Assembly: GCF_006345805.1 (NCBI RefSeq)
Contig: NC_043007.1
Location: 77,190,001 to 77,254,000 of the forward strand
Reading direction: 5' to 3'
Source: Octopus sinensis
Taxonomy: Eukaryota
Length of the DNA stretch: 64,000 bases
In this document: positions 26,050-42,304 of the stretch, piece after piece
How positions within the stretch are numbered: the stretch's first letter is position 1
How the letters are laid out: every line of letters begins with the position of its first letter
Translations under genes and position numbers: made by a program
Notes under the pieces: generated by a model
What the model saw: only the letters and a program-made list of their open reading frames with translations
Told to the model about the DNA's origin: nothing
The model's database searches: none

Positions 26050-28312
26050 TGTATGTATATGTGTATGTATGTATGTATGTATGTATGTGTATATCTGTAT
26101 ATATGTATGAAACCTTTCTTCCTTTAAGAGAGTAACGAGGTTATTTGAAGGAGATTTGGATGTCTATTCTAGGTGTCGAAGCAGCTTCATTAGATTGTTC
26201 GGTGAGGACTGACCTAGGACGAAAGACCACCGTCATTATCACTACCACCGCCTGTTTTCCGCTGATGCAACCACCACCACCACACCACCACCACCACCAC
26301 AACAACAACAACAACAACAACAACAGCAACAACATCAACAACAACAAAACAACAACTACTACTACTATTACTATTACTACTAATGGCGTAATGACTAAAT
26401 AAGTAAACATATCGTCGCTTGCATAGGGAAGGCCATTAAGGGGAGATAAATGGTGAGTAATGTTTAGATGGAAAATATGATCTGGGTGGGGAATACCTTT
26501 GGGATACACGTGCTTGTTATCTTTTTAAAGACGGGATTTTTATAAAGTTCTTAATGGGCTTTTTCTTTACGTTGCTGGTACTGATTGGGAGGTAAAAATT
26601 GGGGTACTGTTGCCACATTTCCCCAGATATGTCCCTCTCTATCACCACCACTACAATCACAACCATTTCCACAATAAATAATATAGTTATATTCTCAGAA
26701 ACGGATTACATGAATACGAAAAAAAAATTTGAAAATATATATTATCTTTAGAAGATGTTATTTTTTTTTTTATAAAAAGAAGCATCACTTTCAACTCATA
26801 AGTAATGACAGAGCAAGAGGGGGGAGAGGAGGGAGAGAGGGGAGGGGAGAGGAGAGGGAGATGGGGAAAGGGATATGAAGAGAAGGGGAGGGAGTAGGGA
26901 GTGATTATGAAGAAAGAGGATACATACACACGCACATACATACACACGCTCACACACACACACACGTACATATATGCAGAGAGAGAGAGAGACATACAGG
27001 CAGAGAGTAGGTGAGAGAGAGAGACATAGAAAGAATAAGAGAGATAGTTTGACAAAGATAGCTACATAGACAGAAAGGACAACCCCCCACATACACACAC
27101 ACACACATATGCACATATACACGATGGCATTCCATCAGTTTCTATCTACCAAACTCACTCAGAAGACTTTGGTCGGCCGAAGATTATAGAGCCAGACACG
27201 ACCAAGGTGCCACGCAGTGGGATTGAAATCAAAACTAACCACTGGGCTCGATTCATTCGACTAAAAAAATTTTGAAGGCGGTAACTGAAACAAGGAAAAG
27301 ATAAAAGAATTATCATAACTTGATACCCGGTAGATTTGGCTGTTATTTTACAAGTTGTAGTCGCCACTTCCTAACTGGAAGTTAGACACCTTCAAGAATA
27401 ACCGGGTTTCTGATATGCCCTAGAAGGTTTATGTACGAAGAACAATAGTCACAATATTACTCAAGGTATTTTAATAGCTAGGGTTACTTAGCAAACGATT
27501 GTGAAGTATTTACATTCCTATAGTCTTCAACTGATGCCGGGCTGTATTGGTGTATACTTGAAATAAACTCTTGTTTCCTCGTTTGGCAACTTGACACTGT
27601 AACAGCCGATCACATTGAAACACCTGTCGTTACTAATACTCATAAATTAAGTAACAACTAATTTAATGTAACGTAATATCATTTATTTATTTTGCATCAA
27701 AAGCTGGAAAACAATATCTAAAATTCTCAGCAATCTGAGACCGGAGAAACAATTTCAGTCCTTGCCTGGTGCTGTTTCATTTCATTGACTTTGAAATTAG
27801 TTTCGAGAGAAATATGCAACTCACGGTTGTCTAATTTTATCTTCCACTATCGGTTTTATGTGAATTTTACAAACACATACGCACACACACGCACACACAC
27901 AGTCTCACACACACGCACACACAAACACACACATACACATATCTGCAGGATGAAAAACAAAACCTATAAAAGGGTGGATGAACTCGGAAGAGTCAATAGC
28001 CATCAAATTACGTGATATATATCTCTGATTTGGTGCGCATTTAACATATCGGGTAAGGTTGGACTCACTAAGATGTGGGGGAGACAAGAGACCCGGGAGA
28101 GGGAGAATTTCAGGCATTTTTTCATAAATTTCGTGCTAAACATTTGCAGTAACTCTTCGGTGGCAGGAGTTCCAAATTTTTCACACAAGCTTTCGCTACC
28201 GAAAGAGATTATAAAATCTCTGTAGGTAGTATAACGGTTGTAATGTTGGTTTTTATTCCCCTCATACATTAAAACCCAAGGAATGATCCTCTATTTATCA
28301 ATCAATCAAACA

Positions 28313-28393
<81 letters not shown>

Positions 28394-28499
28394 ATATATC
28401 TGTCTGTCTATCTACCCATCTATCTTACTGTCTGTCTGTCTGTTTATCTATCAATCTATATATAAATATATATAGGGAAAACAAGGAGAAGGAAATGGA

Positions 28500-30290
<1,791 letters not shown>

Positions 30291-30541
30291 CATTTTATAT
30301 ACAACACACATAGATGACACTTGCAGTACATTTGTAAATATAAACACTGACACACTCATTCACAAACACAATTATATTTACAAACACAGTGTTATATGCA
30401 CATATATACGATACAAATAAACGTATACAAAATACACAAATATAATTTACATCATTCCCATTTTATACATACATACATATCTACATATATGTATGTAATT
30501 ATGCATGTATATATATATATATGTGTGCGTGTCTGCGTATA

Positions 30542-30583
<42 letters not shown>

Positions 30584-31004
30584 ACACACATATAATTGCT
30601 CTTTTGAATAGAAGGAGGCGCCACATAACACTTTATGAAATAAGAAATTGTGATGGCGTTCATCCATTTCCAAATAAATTTTCCTCTCAATTCTACCATA
30701 TTAAATTCAATGGCCGTTCTACTGATGTTGCGATATCTCATTCACACGAGACTTATGTTACAACAGAAACACAGCTATTTAATGAACCGTGAAAATAGAC
30801 GAAACTCAAAACACGGGTCGTTTATTCAACAGACTAGTTTGATATTGCAGCCGTTAACGAGGGAGGGTGGGATCGCTTTAATTATATCTCATCGTAGGCG
30901 GATAATAATGTTGACATAGGTATATTAGTGCTGCACTAGCAAGGTCGGGTCTCGCATCAAAGAACGTATAGGACATACATACATGTGTTATATATATATA
31001 TATA

Positions 31005-31036
<32 letters not shown>

Positions 31037-31119
31037 ATGTATATATATATGTGTGTGCGTGTGTGTGTGTATGTGTGTATGTGTATATACGTATAAATAT
31101 GTATATATATGTGTGTGTG

Positions 31120-31153
<34 letters not shown>

Positions 31154-31154
31154 A

Positions 31155-31240
<86 letters not shown>

Positions 31241-31349
31241 ACATACATACATACATACATACATGCATGCATGCACACACACACATATAGATAGAGATAG
31301 AAAGATTAAAGGGGAGGAGATAGGTAGATAGATAGGTAGATAGATAGAT

Positions 31350-31413
<64 letters not shown>

Positions 31414-31507
31414 TAAAGTGGGAGAGATAGATAGATTGATAACTACATAGATAGACTGATAGATAGATAGATAGATAGATAGATACATACATACATACAT
31501 ACATACA

Positions 31508-31541
<34 letters not shown>

Positions 31542-31809
31542 CATACATACATGAATACATACATGCATACATATAAAGTGGGAGTGATAAGTAGATTGAT
31601 AACTAGATAGATAGAATGATAGATAGATATAAAGTGGGAGAGATAGACAGATTGATAACTAGATAAATAGAATGATAGATAGATAGATATATAGCTTGAG
31701 AGATAGTTGTATAGATAGAGAGATTTATGGATAGAGAGGTATGTATATGTACATGTATATGTGTGTGTGTGTTTGTATTTATATATGTATATATGGAGGA
31801 GTGTGTGAT

Positions 31810-31851
<42 letters not shown>

Positions 31852-32107
31852 TGTGTTTGCATGTTTGTATGTATGCGGGTGTTTAATCGTGTGTATGTAT
31901 GTCTGTGTGTAATTCTGTGTATTTCTAAAAGACAGATTTCATTATATATATGTATGTGTATAGAAATAATATATACACATAAAAACATCTTTGTTATCCA
32001 GCATATCATATGTATAATGCATATATATTACATATTCAGGTTACGTCTCTCTTTCTCTCTCTCTCACTCTCTCTCTCTCCATACAAGCAGAGTTGTGTGT
32101 GTGTGTA

Positions 32108-32146
<39 letters not shown>

Positions 32147-33403
32147 ATACACACACAAACTTATACGCAAATATGAATATAAATATCGAACATATAAACG
32201 TGCGCGCGCACTCATACACAGACACACACACACAACAGTGTACAAATTTAATTGGTGGAGTGACTTGGGAGAAAAGAAAAATAAGATAAAAAGCAAAAAC
32301 AAAATAGAAAATACATAAAACATATCAAAAAGATAAACATGTTGAATGAAATAATTGAAAGAAAGTATGTATTATGTTAAGAAGTAAACGTATTTTAGTT
32401 ACAAGGCAAAATAAACAGACACATTCATCTGATATTCTTATTAGTCAAGACATTATAATGAATAGTAACAGAAAGGAATAGTGGTTAGTGCTTTGTGGCG
32501 AGTGAAGGACTTTGGTAAGTCACAAAGTTGAATGCAGGCTATAGAACTAAAGAAATGGAATATGTTTACGTTTGGATTTCAAAATGTAGGTTTCGTTTCA
32601 AGCGCAATTGTGCAAATTACAATGGCACCCTCAATGCAATTATTTCTTGGGTTTTAGAACCGACATATTTTAAAAGCTTTTGTGAAGCCCATTTTACTGG
32701 ATCAAATAAATATTGGTGCCAGCCACGCGCGAGTATGCAAGTATTCATTTATTAATCTATGTGTGGGTGCACGTATATATGCACACACATACACACACAC
32801 TCAAATACACACACACACAAACACACACACATCGTAAAGAAGAATGGGAAATTATATATCTTCAAAATTTGTTTATTACAGTATTATTCACATTAAATTC
32901 GCATTAGATTCCTGTCCGACACGTGTTTCTGCGACTTAGCTATTAAGTGATGTATGGTGTAATTGTTTATCTTAAACAAGTCTGTTCCCTGTTATTCGAT
33001 GTAGTTAGCTAGATGTCGATCATATCAGAGTGCTAATAAGGTACATACCCTAATTCAAAATTTCTATACCACAGGCGTTGCTGTGTGGTAAGAAACTTGC
33101 TTCTCAAACACATTGATCTGGGTTTAATCCCACTTCGTGACACCTTGGGCGAGTGTCTTCTACTATAGCCTCGGGCAAATCATCGCCTTGTGAGTGTATT
33201 TGGTAGTTAGGAACTGAAAGAAGCCCATCGTACGTGTATGTGTGTGTGTGTGCGTATGTATTTATGTATGCTCGTCTTTGTATCTGTGTTTGTCCCCCAC
33301 GCCCGCCATCACTTGACAATCGATCTTGGTGCATTCTCCCTATGGCAGAATATATGTATAATTAAACTGTTGAATCTATCTGAAATTCTCCTTGTGTGTG
33401 TGT

Positions 33404-33472
<69 letters not shown>

Positions 33473-33529
33473 TATATCATGGGAACAGTGTATATCAAGG
33501 GAACAAGACATTTTGTAATGAACGTCATT

Positions 33530-33611
33530 AGCTTATACCTGTTTCTGCTATAAGATGCAATGCGCTCATAGTTCAATGCATGTATATCACGTTATGGCTT
33601 CGTCAGAACTT
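33530..33611 (-). ncRNA. Degenerate hammerhead-like fold
   Basis: Reverse complement: CTGACGA-A-GCCATAA...TTATAGC-A-GAAA-CAGG-TA. Stems are imperfect. Confidence 0.4.
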
Positions 33612-33768
33612 CGATAAGGAAGTGCAATTTATTTTGGGTAGTATTTATATCAATGGAAAACATCAACAAAATCTTGAATCAAATTTGAAGGTAAAATGCT
33701 ATAGTTAGATTAACCAAGATATTATATATTTTATTTTAATAATCTCTTTAAATATAGTTTATACATAA

Positions 33769-33900
33769 TCTACATATTTAAAGCGAAATTCTGTCTGTCC
33801 GTCTGGGACCCCTGTATCTCAGTCTATATGTGCTCTACATAGACATATTATACCTTTTTAGAATCAGGATGATCCCAGGATTGGAAATCTGCCATTCATC
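33769..33900 (+). mobile_element. Possible Helitron-like 5' end
   Basis: A|TCTACATATTTAAAGCGAAATTCTGTCTGTCCGTCTG resembles non-autonomous Helitron 5' termini (TC start followed by CTGT repeats). No 3' hairpin/CTRR end identified. Confidence 0.35.
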
Positions 33901-35352
33901 TGGTTCTTGAACATAGAGCATTGGGATCTGATTTAAAAGTATTTGAGTTGCTGTTTCTAGCAGCTAAACCTCGGCTAATTCACGCCATCCAGGTTGGCAT
34001 TTGTCAGATGACGTCAGAGATCAAGGAGGAGATAATTGATATTTGCTTCGTTAATTTTCCGTCGAAGTAAGAACTTTGGGATATATTGGCCAACAGTTGG
34101 AATTCAACTTGGGATTGGAACAATAGAATGACTGCGCTACCGAATTAGTTCCCATATTTTTTTATTGCCCAAAAAGGGCTTAACATAAATGGGTAAAACA
34201 AGGACAGACAAAGGGATTAAGTTGATTATATCGACCCTAGTGCGTAACTGCTACTTAATTTATCGACCCTGAAATGATGAAAGTCGACCTTGGCGGAATT
34301 TGAACTCAGAACGTAAGGACGGACGAAATACTGCTAAGCATTTCGTCCGGCACGCTAAGGTTTCTGCCAAGCTTGACACCCCCCGAATTAATTCTCATCC
34401 GTCCTCATCCTCTGATCAAACACCACCGGGGAATATAGTCATTATAGACTATTATTGTCATGCTATTTAACTGTCCTAAATTTTGGGACGTACGGAGTGC
34501 GGCTTTTAAGCTAATTAACTCTAAAATTCTTTATCAGCCGTTGATTTCCTACGGTTACCTAGAAGTGATATTAATAGTAATTATGTTAATGTACAATATA
34601 CTGCTAGGTAATATTGTTTTATGGCTGCTAAGTTCATTCGAACTTTAGGTAAGCCGATCTTTTGGCAGGTTTGTGATTCAATATTTTGCCGACGGTACAC
34701 ACGAGAGTGCTACGTATCTTGTTCCTAAGAAATCAGTATCAAGGTAAGACTATATGCCCCGCACTCTTAAGCGAAATAAATCATTTTCAGTTGTTTTTCT
34801 ACGAAAGAAATTACAATTGCAGCCAAATATCCACATGCATAACACACTCACACAAACACTCACTCACACGTTAACAACCAACCAGACACACACACACACA
34901 CACACTACACAAGCACAAACACACATACACACGCATACACGCACACATGCACAATAGTGAAAGAGCTGGTTTCTAACCTAGATCCAAGGCTATTTCACTG
35001 GAATTTCAACAACATCAAAAGTATTTTTGCATGCATATATGTATATGAGCAGTATATGGAGTCAATGCATGCGCTGATTGGTATGTTTTGTTCTATGCAT
35101 GGGTTCCCATACCTACTGTTGCATGTCTAGACAAGGGCACATATACTTAAATAATAAACTTCTGGGAAGTTTTGTATGTGTGTTTGTATGTATGTATGTA
35201 TGTATGTATGTATGTATGTATGTATGTATGTATGTATATATATATGCGTGTGTGTTATTCAGTTTATATCAACATTTCTTGCAATAGAGAAAGAACTGGT
35301 TTCTAACCTAGATCCAAGGCTCCTTCATTAGAATTTCAGCATCATCAACAGG

Positions 35353-35397
35353 GTATGTATGTATGTATGCATGTACGTATGCATGTATGTATGTATG

Positions 35398-35431
<34 letters not shown>

Positions 35432-35681
35432 TGTATGTATGTATGTATGTATGTATGTATGTATGTATGTATGAATGTATGTATGTATGTATTTATGTAT
35501 GTATGTATGTATGTATGTATGTATGTATGTATGTATGTATGTATGTATGTATGTATGTATGTATGTATGTATGTATGTATGTATGTATGTATGTATGTAT
35601 GTATGAATGTATGTATGTATGTATTTATGTATGTATGTATGTATGTATGTATGTATGTATGAATGTATGTATGTATGTATG

Positions 35682-35715
<34 letters not shown>

Positions 35716-35742
35716 TGTATGTATGTATGCATGTTTGTATGT
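35353..35742. repeat. ~390-bp (TATG)n microsatellite
   Basis: Directly visible; source of the MYVC and IHTY ORFs. Confidence 0.97.
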
Positions 35743-36654
35743 AAGGGTAGTGCACTGGCAGAATCTGTAGAGTGTTCCCCAAAATGTCTTACATATGGCT
35801 ACATTTCTTTCTGTTTTTCAATTCAAATTCCGGTAAAGTCGACTTAACTATTCTTCCCGACATCGTCGATGAAATTAATACTAGTCAAATACTGGATAAT
35901 ACTTCCAATCCAGCAAATGCTTGGGGCTTCGTGTGAACGCATCTATACTGGATTATCAAATGCTGTTTGGTTCCACAAAACATCGTGTTCCATAATTCTG
36001 TGGTAAATTAATATTAGAACATATGGAAAAAAAAAAGGTTTCGTCCCGAGACCTGGAGTTGTCCTGAGCCCTGGTGGATAGTCACACAACGCCATTTTGC
36101 AGACTAAGCGGAATCATTGACTGATTTCCGACCCGTGTTATCACAGATCAATTCGTGATTAGCGAGACATGGTTCACAATTGAGCGTACTGTCTTATCCT
36201 GGTTCAGTGATGAATGAATTAGTGATAAAACGAAGACAGCTGTATTATAAATGATTATTCTATTTTTTAGAAAAGAAAATATATAATTTTGGATTCAATT
36301 ACTTGGTTAACATTTGTTCGAGTACTGAAAAGCAAGATTGATTCCGACAGCTCGAACAGAATTTCGTCCCATAATTTTGCAATCGTTCAATCAATCGAAG
36401 TAAGAAGTTCATTGAATTAGATATTAATCCTTTCGTTGTTATAATTCTGCTAAAATAATACCCTGTCTTTGTTTCTTTAATTTTAAAAATAATGAACAAT
36501 TTATTAAAATATTATCGATGTACTTTCCTGGTAATTTTATCCAAGACCGATTATTGAAACATAAACAATTACACAGAAGAAGATACATATTAGCTACGCT
36601 TGAAGTTAACAACTTTTGTGTGGTTTTTGATTGGTTAATATAATTTCAGAGGTG

Positions 36655-37625
36655 AAGGCGGCGAGCTGGCAGAAACGTTAACACGCCGGGCGAAATGCTT
36701 TGCGATATTTCGTCTGCCGCTACGTTCTGAATTCAAATTCTGCCGAGGTCGACTTTACCTTCCATACTTTCGGGGTCGATAAATTAAGTACCAGTTACGC
36801 ATTGGGGTCGATGTAATCGAATTAATCTCTTTGTCTGTTCATGTTTGTCCCCGCTATGTTTACCCCCTTGTGGGCAATAAAGAAATAAGAATCGTTAACA
36901 CGCCTCACAAAATGCTTAGCGGCGTTTCGTTCATCGCTGCGTTTTGAGTTCAAATTCTGCCGCGGTCGACTTTGTCTTTCATGATTTCAGGATCAATAAA
37001 ATAAATACCATTTGTGGGCTGGGGTTGATGTAATCCACTTTCTTCCTTCACCGAACTTGCTGGCCTTGTGCCAAGATTTGAAACCAATATGTTGTCAGAT
37101 CTCATAGCAGCCAGCTGACAGAATCGTTAGCACTCCAGGTGAAATGCTTAGCGGCGCTTCGTCCGTCTTTACGATCCGAGTTCAAATTTTGCCGAGGTTG
37201 ATTTTGTCTTTCATACATTCGAGGAGGGTATAAAAAAAAATAATACCATTTCAACAATGGGATCGATATAATCAATTATCTCCGTACCCCAAAATTTCAG
37301 CCTTGTGCCTTTAAAGATAATTCCAGTAGTAATAATAACCCTTTGTATTAAGGATTAGTAATCCTTAATACAAAGTATCATTATTACTGCTGGAAGAGTG
37401 GTGAGCTGGCAGAATCGTTACGGTGTCGGACGAAAGGCTTTGCGTCATTTTTTCCCAACACTTCACAGTTTGGTTTCAAATACTGCTGACGTCGACTTTA
37501 TCTTTCATCCTTTCAGAATCGATAAAATAAGTACCAGTAAAGTACTGGTGGCGGGGGTCGATCTAATTGGCTGAGACCACACCCCCTAAAATCACTGACC
37601 TTCTATCCCAATTCAGAATAATTAT
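36655..37625 (+). mobile_element. Cluster of four same-orientation SINE family N units
   Basis: Units begin at ~36655, 36890, 37110 and 37397. Confidence 0.85.
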
Positions 37626-38099
37626 TGTTATGGGAAAAGCAGAAACTTAGCTGCTCTTAAGTCTTTAACAGAATTACGTAATGCGATTGTGGTTGTCTAT
37701 ACTTATGTATACTCTCTGTATACCTGAAATTATGTGGGCACTGAGATAATAGCGCGTTAAAGTGTAAGGTGGTGTATGGATCTTATGATGTAACTGAACA
37801 CTGGCAAATCAAACTCACAGACGCAGTTTCAATTCCCGGTTGTAATTACTTCACTTAACTGACACTTTTTGATGCCTTTGGAAATCGCGATAACAGTGAC
37901 AGAATCACGTTTCCTCACCGCTTTTTACATCTTGTATTTTTTTGTGGATGATAATGATGATGATGGTGATATGGGGAGGATGAGGGGGAGGGGGAGGGGG
38001 AGGGGGAGACGATGGTAGGTGTGGCTGGGGGGGGTGTTGGAATGATGTTAAGGAGGCTAATGGATATGGTAATGGCGACAGTTATGTCGGTAACACGAC

Positions 38100-38199
38100 G
38101 AAGGCGACGACGACGACGACAACGATGATGAAGATGATGATGGTGATGATGATGGTGATGATGATGATGACGACGACGATGATTATGATTATGACATAA

Positions 38200-38268
<69 letters not shown>

Positions 38269-38318
38269 TAATAATAATAATAATAGTCACTTTGATGGCA
38301 TGCACTGCTCTCTCACTC

Positions 38319-38364
<46 letters not shown>

Positions 38365-38415
38365 TAATAATGATGATGATGCTGATGATGGTGATGATGA
38401 TGATGATGATGATAT
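38100..38415. repeat. (GAC)n/(GAT)n/(TAA)n compound microsatellite
   Basis: Directly visible. Confidence 0.95.
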
Positions 38416-39261
38416 TAAGGCAATTAAGTAATTTCTCGACAGTGTTTAGACAAATGCGATGTGCATTATTAGCAATCCTCATTATCAATCTCCACAGAAC
38501 TTACTCAAGTTTCGCTGAAATGCACAACGTTCACTATCAGAGTTTACGCACACACACACACACATACACACGCACACACATACACATACACACAAACGAG
38601 TCCCAAGAGGTGTTAGATTTTCTGCAAATAGAAGTTGTACCTTTGCATCGTTTTGCATATAAGTAATTAATGTAAAATTAGCAAATCCCCTTCGGTGTTA
38701 AAGCTTCTTCCTACTGCTTGCTTATCAAGATTATCTATAGCATACGAACTGATAATGCAGTATGGTTAGGGTGGGAAATGGAAATACATACTAAACGGGA
38801 ATGAAGGAAGCAAGCAAGGAAAAATATACGAGATGAAAGGGAAAAGAGAATAAAAAAAATCGTAGAGCTAAAAGACATTTGGAAGTAAATATGAAAATAC
38901 GTAGCAAAAAAATGGATCAGAAAGTAATGTAAATAAGAGTTAAAGATATAGAATTATAAATGTTATAAAGCTAGAAAGAAAGGTAGAAAGTTTATGATTA
39001 GCGCTGTCGCGTCATTGAAAACTGAATCTTTGGATTCCCATGAAATAAATTGCAGGCAATTACGAGAATTAATTTTCCTCCTGAGATTTCGTTACCTGTA
39101 GTTTCGCCTCGTGTGGGTAAAACAGGTTTTCCTCTTTATTTTGATAAAAAAAAGTTGCAACTGTGAACGCGTATGGCTGAGTCAGGAGAGAGTGAAAGAA
39201 AGGGGATAGGCAGGGAAAAGGAAGTATGTCCGTTGGTTTCGTTTGCGTTCGACGTGGATAA

Positions 39262-39525
39262 GGTGTTGCATGGCCTAGTGGATAAGGTGTTGCATTCATG
39301 ATATTCATGATCGTACGATCGGGGTTTCGATTCCCGGACCGAGTGGTGCGTTGCGTTCTTGGGCAAGACACTTCAATTCATGTTGTTTCACTTCATTGCA
39401 TCTGTAAAATGAGTAACCCTGCGACGGACTGGTTTCCCGCTTAGAGTGGGGAATTTCGTGATCTCGGTCACTTGCCTGCAATGGAACCTGAATAACCCGT
39501 CCTATGCGTCTTACGGCTGAAATAC
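39262..39525 (+). mobile_element. tRNA-derived SINE, alternative head with tail type C
   Basis: TGGCCTAGTGG A-box, GTTTCGATTCC B-box, TTCTTGGGCAAGACACTT core, then GAGTAACCCTGCGACGGACTGG. Confidence 0.75.
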
Positions 39526-39946
39526 ACACAACCACTCTTAAGTGTGCGTGTGTGAGTATTTGGGAAAAAGAACCATATTGATTTTAAATTTTGGCACAAG
39601 GCCAGCAATTTCAGGAGTGGGCTGAAGTCGATTACATCAACCTAAGAGATAGCGAATCATATTGCCAATAAAATAACACGCACTGTTTCAGGTTGATTGT
39701 TAATTAATTAATTAATTAATTAATTAATCAATAAGATATTTATTGTTTACTTTGCCATAAAATTTTCGCCAAACTACTGCGGATCTTTTAATGATTTCAA
39801 TGATTTCGTTCCATTGCAACAGATTTTCATTTTTTTTCTTTTGCATTTATGTTTTTAAACTTCTGTGTGTTTGAGTGTTGAGAACCCATTCTTCCAGTTC
39901 GTTACTAACGTATCTATCTATCTGCCTGTCTGTCTGTTTGTCTGGT

Positions 39947-39994
<48 letters not shown>

Positions 39995-40022
39995 ATATAT
40001 ATATATTAGAAGGTTGGATATG

Positions 40023-40058
<36 letters not shown>

Positions 40059-40448
40059 ATATATATTATATATATATATATTATATATATATATATATAG
40101 ATATATTTATATACATACATACATACATACATACAAACATACATACATACATACATACATACAAACATACATACATACATACATACATACATACATACAT
40201 ACATACATACATACACGGATGTGTGTATGTATTCTTCTCTTATTCTTTCCCTTGTTTCCCTCAATGGATCGCGGCCATGCGGGGTTCCCGCCTTAAAGAG
40301 TTTAATGGATCGAATCGATCCTAGTAATCGCTTGAATTGTTTTATGTTCGGCTTTTCTGGCGAAGAGATCCGTTAAAAGCCAACCCCGATTGTTAACATC
40401 AAAACAGACAACAAAAGAGACACAGTCACACACATACAAATACACTCT

Positions 40449-40846
40449 CTTTACTCTTTTACTTGTTTCAGTCATTTGACTGCGGCCATGCTGGAGCACC
40501 ACCTTTAATCGAGCAATTCTATCCCGGGACTTATTCTTTTGTAAGCCCAGTACTTATTCTATCGGTCTCTTTTGCCGAACCGCTAAGTAACGGGGACATA
40601 AACACACCAGCATCGGTTGTCAAGCAATGCTAGGGGGACAAACACAGACACACATACACTCATATATATATATACATATATACGACGGGCATCTTTCAGT
40701 TTCCGTCTACCAAATCCACTCACAGGGCTTTGGTCGGCCCGAGGCTATAGTAGAAGACACTTGCCCAAGGTGCCACGCAGTGGAACTGAACCCGGAACCA
40801 TGTGGTTGGTAAACAAGCTACTTACCACACAGCCACTCATGCGCCT
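40449..40846 (-). mobile_element. SINE family M copy (well conserved)
   Basis: Very similar to 49985-50382; short internal TA tract. Confidence 0.92.
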
Positions 40847-41779
40847 ACACATGCATTCAGATACAAAAACTTTTAAAAGGTTATATGGTTACGTGCGAGT
40901 AAATATATATTGGTTACAAATTTTGTCACAAGGCCAGCAATTAGTGATGGGGGTTAGTCGATTGCATTAACTCCGATGTTCAGTTGGTACTTATTTCATC
41001 GACTCCGAAATTTGAACTCAGGAGTAAGTCGGGTGAAAAGCTACTGAGCATTTTGCCCGGTGAGGTATACTTTTCTGTCAGCTCCCCGTAACCTAGCGGT
41101 TCGGCAAAAGAGGCCGGTAGACTAAGTCCTAGGCTTCCAAAGAATAAGTCCTAGGCTTCCAAAGAATAAGTCCTACTCGACTAAAGGGCAGTGCTCCAGC
41201 ATGGCCGCAGTCAAATGACTGAAATAAGTTAAAGAGTAAAAAAGTATAGGATGAAAAATAAACAAAGAAATGTAAAGCAGATAATTTCATTTAACAGATA
41301 CAGGTACAAAATAATGCACTTTTGACCCCTATTAATCCTGTATCTTTGATCCCTAATAATCATGTTAAAAATGTAAATCCGCGCTCAAGCACCTTTACTG
41401 AGTCTCTTAACTAACTCTACTTTCTTCGCTATGCTGAGCGTTAAATGTTTTCTTTTCGGTTTTCCACTAGCACGCTGCCGTTATGCTGGCCTCTTAGACA
41501 TGGTAATAAATAAAAAATTATAATAAATTAAGACAAATACCTACTTACTGAGAGGGGAGGGCGTCCGCACAGCTGCAGTCACACAGGAACAAGGTGTCGT
41601 GTGACGCATGCGCCACAGAAACCAAAACAAAGCGGCCGCGCGGCGGACTATTACAGCCAGCGAAATTTAAAGCTAACCAGTTTCAAAAATAGACGGATTT
41701 CTGGATTCAGGATACGAGGTTCGGTCGGTTGTATATATACGTATATGCATATATATATATATTATATATATATATATAT

Positions 41780-41876
<97 letters not shown>

Positions 41877-41889
41877 CATACAAAAATTA

Positions 41890-42082
41890 TTAGTATGATT
41901 ATGAGCATAATTATAATTAGGGTTCAGCAAAAATTTGCTTCACCACATACCGAAATTTTTGCTGAAGCCTATTATAGTTATATTCATACTTATAGAATTT
42001 GTGTATGAGTTTACCGATAATAGTTCTTTTAACAAACCGAACTACTTGGTCAAATTATTAATATAATTAATTAATGAATTAA

Positions 42083-42085
<3 letters not shown>
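41890..42085. repeat. Short foldback relative of the 57926-58472 element
   Basis: Hairpin TAGGGTTCAGCAAAAATTT...AAATTTTTGCTGAAGCCTA. The start resembles 57931-57972 and the tail TACTTGGTCAAATT...TAATTAATTAA resembles 58420-58452. Confidence 0.6.
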
Positions 42086-42131
<46 letters not shown>

Positions 42132-42304
42132 ATATTAGGGAATAAATCCAAATTTACAGGGAAAAAAATCAGATTTAGGATTAAATCCAATTTTATAGTA
42201 AAATATTATAAAATATTATTAGAGACAAAACCACTATTTTGCAAAACAAACAAGGAAAGACTAATCAATACATAAAATTTTAATAAATAGTCAAAAAAAA
42301 ACCG

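Noticed and set aside
27528-27635. CTGATG...GGCTGT/ACAGCC...GAAA-CACCTG-TC hammerhead-like string
   Set aside because: A9 is missing, there are extra bases before GAAA and stem I is poor. It may be a decayed copy but is not supportable alone.
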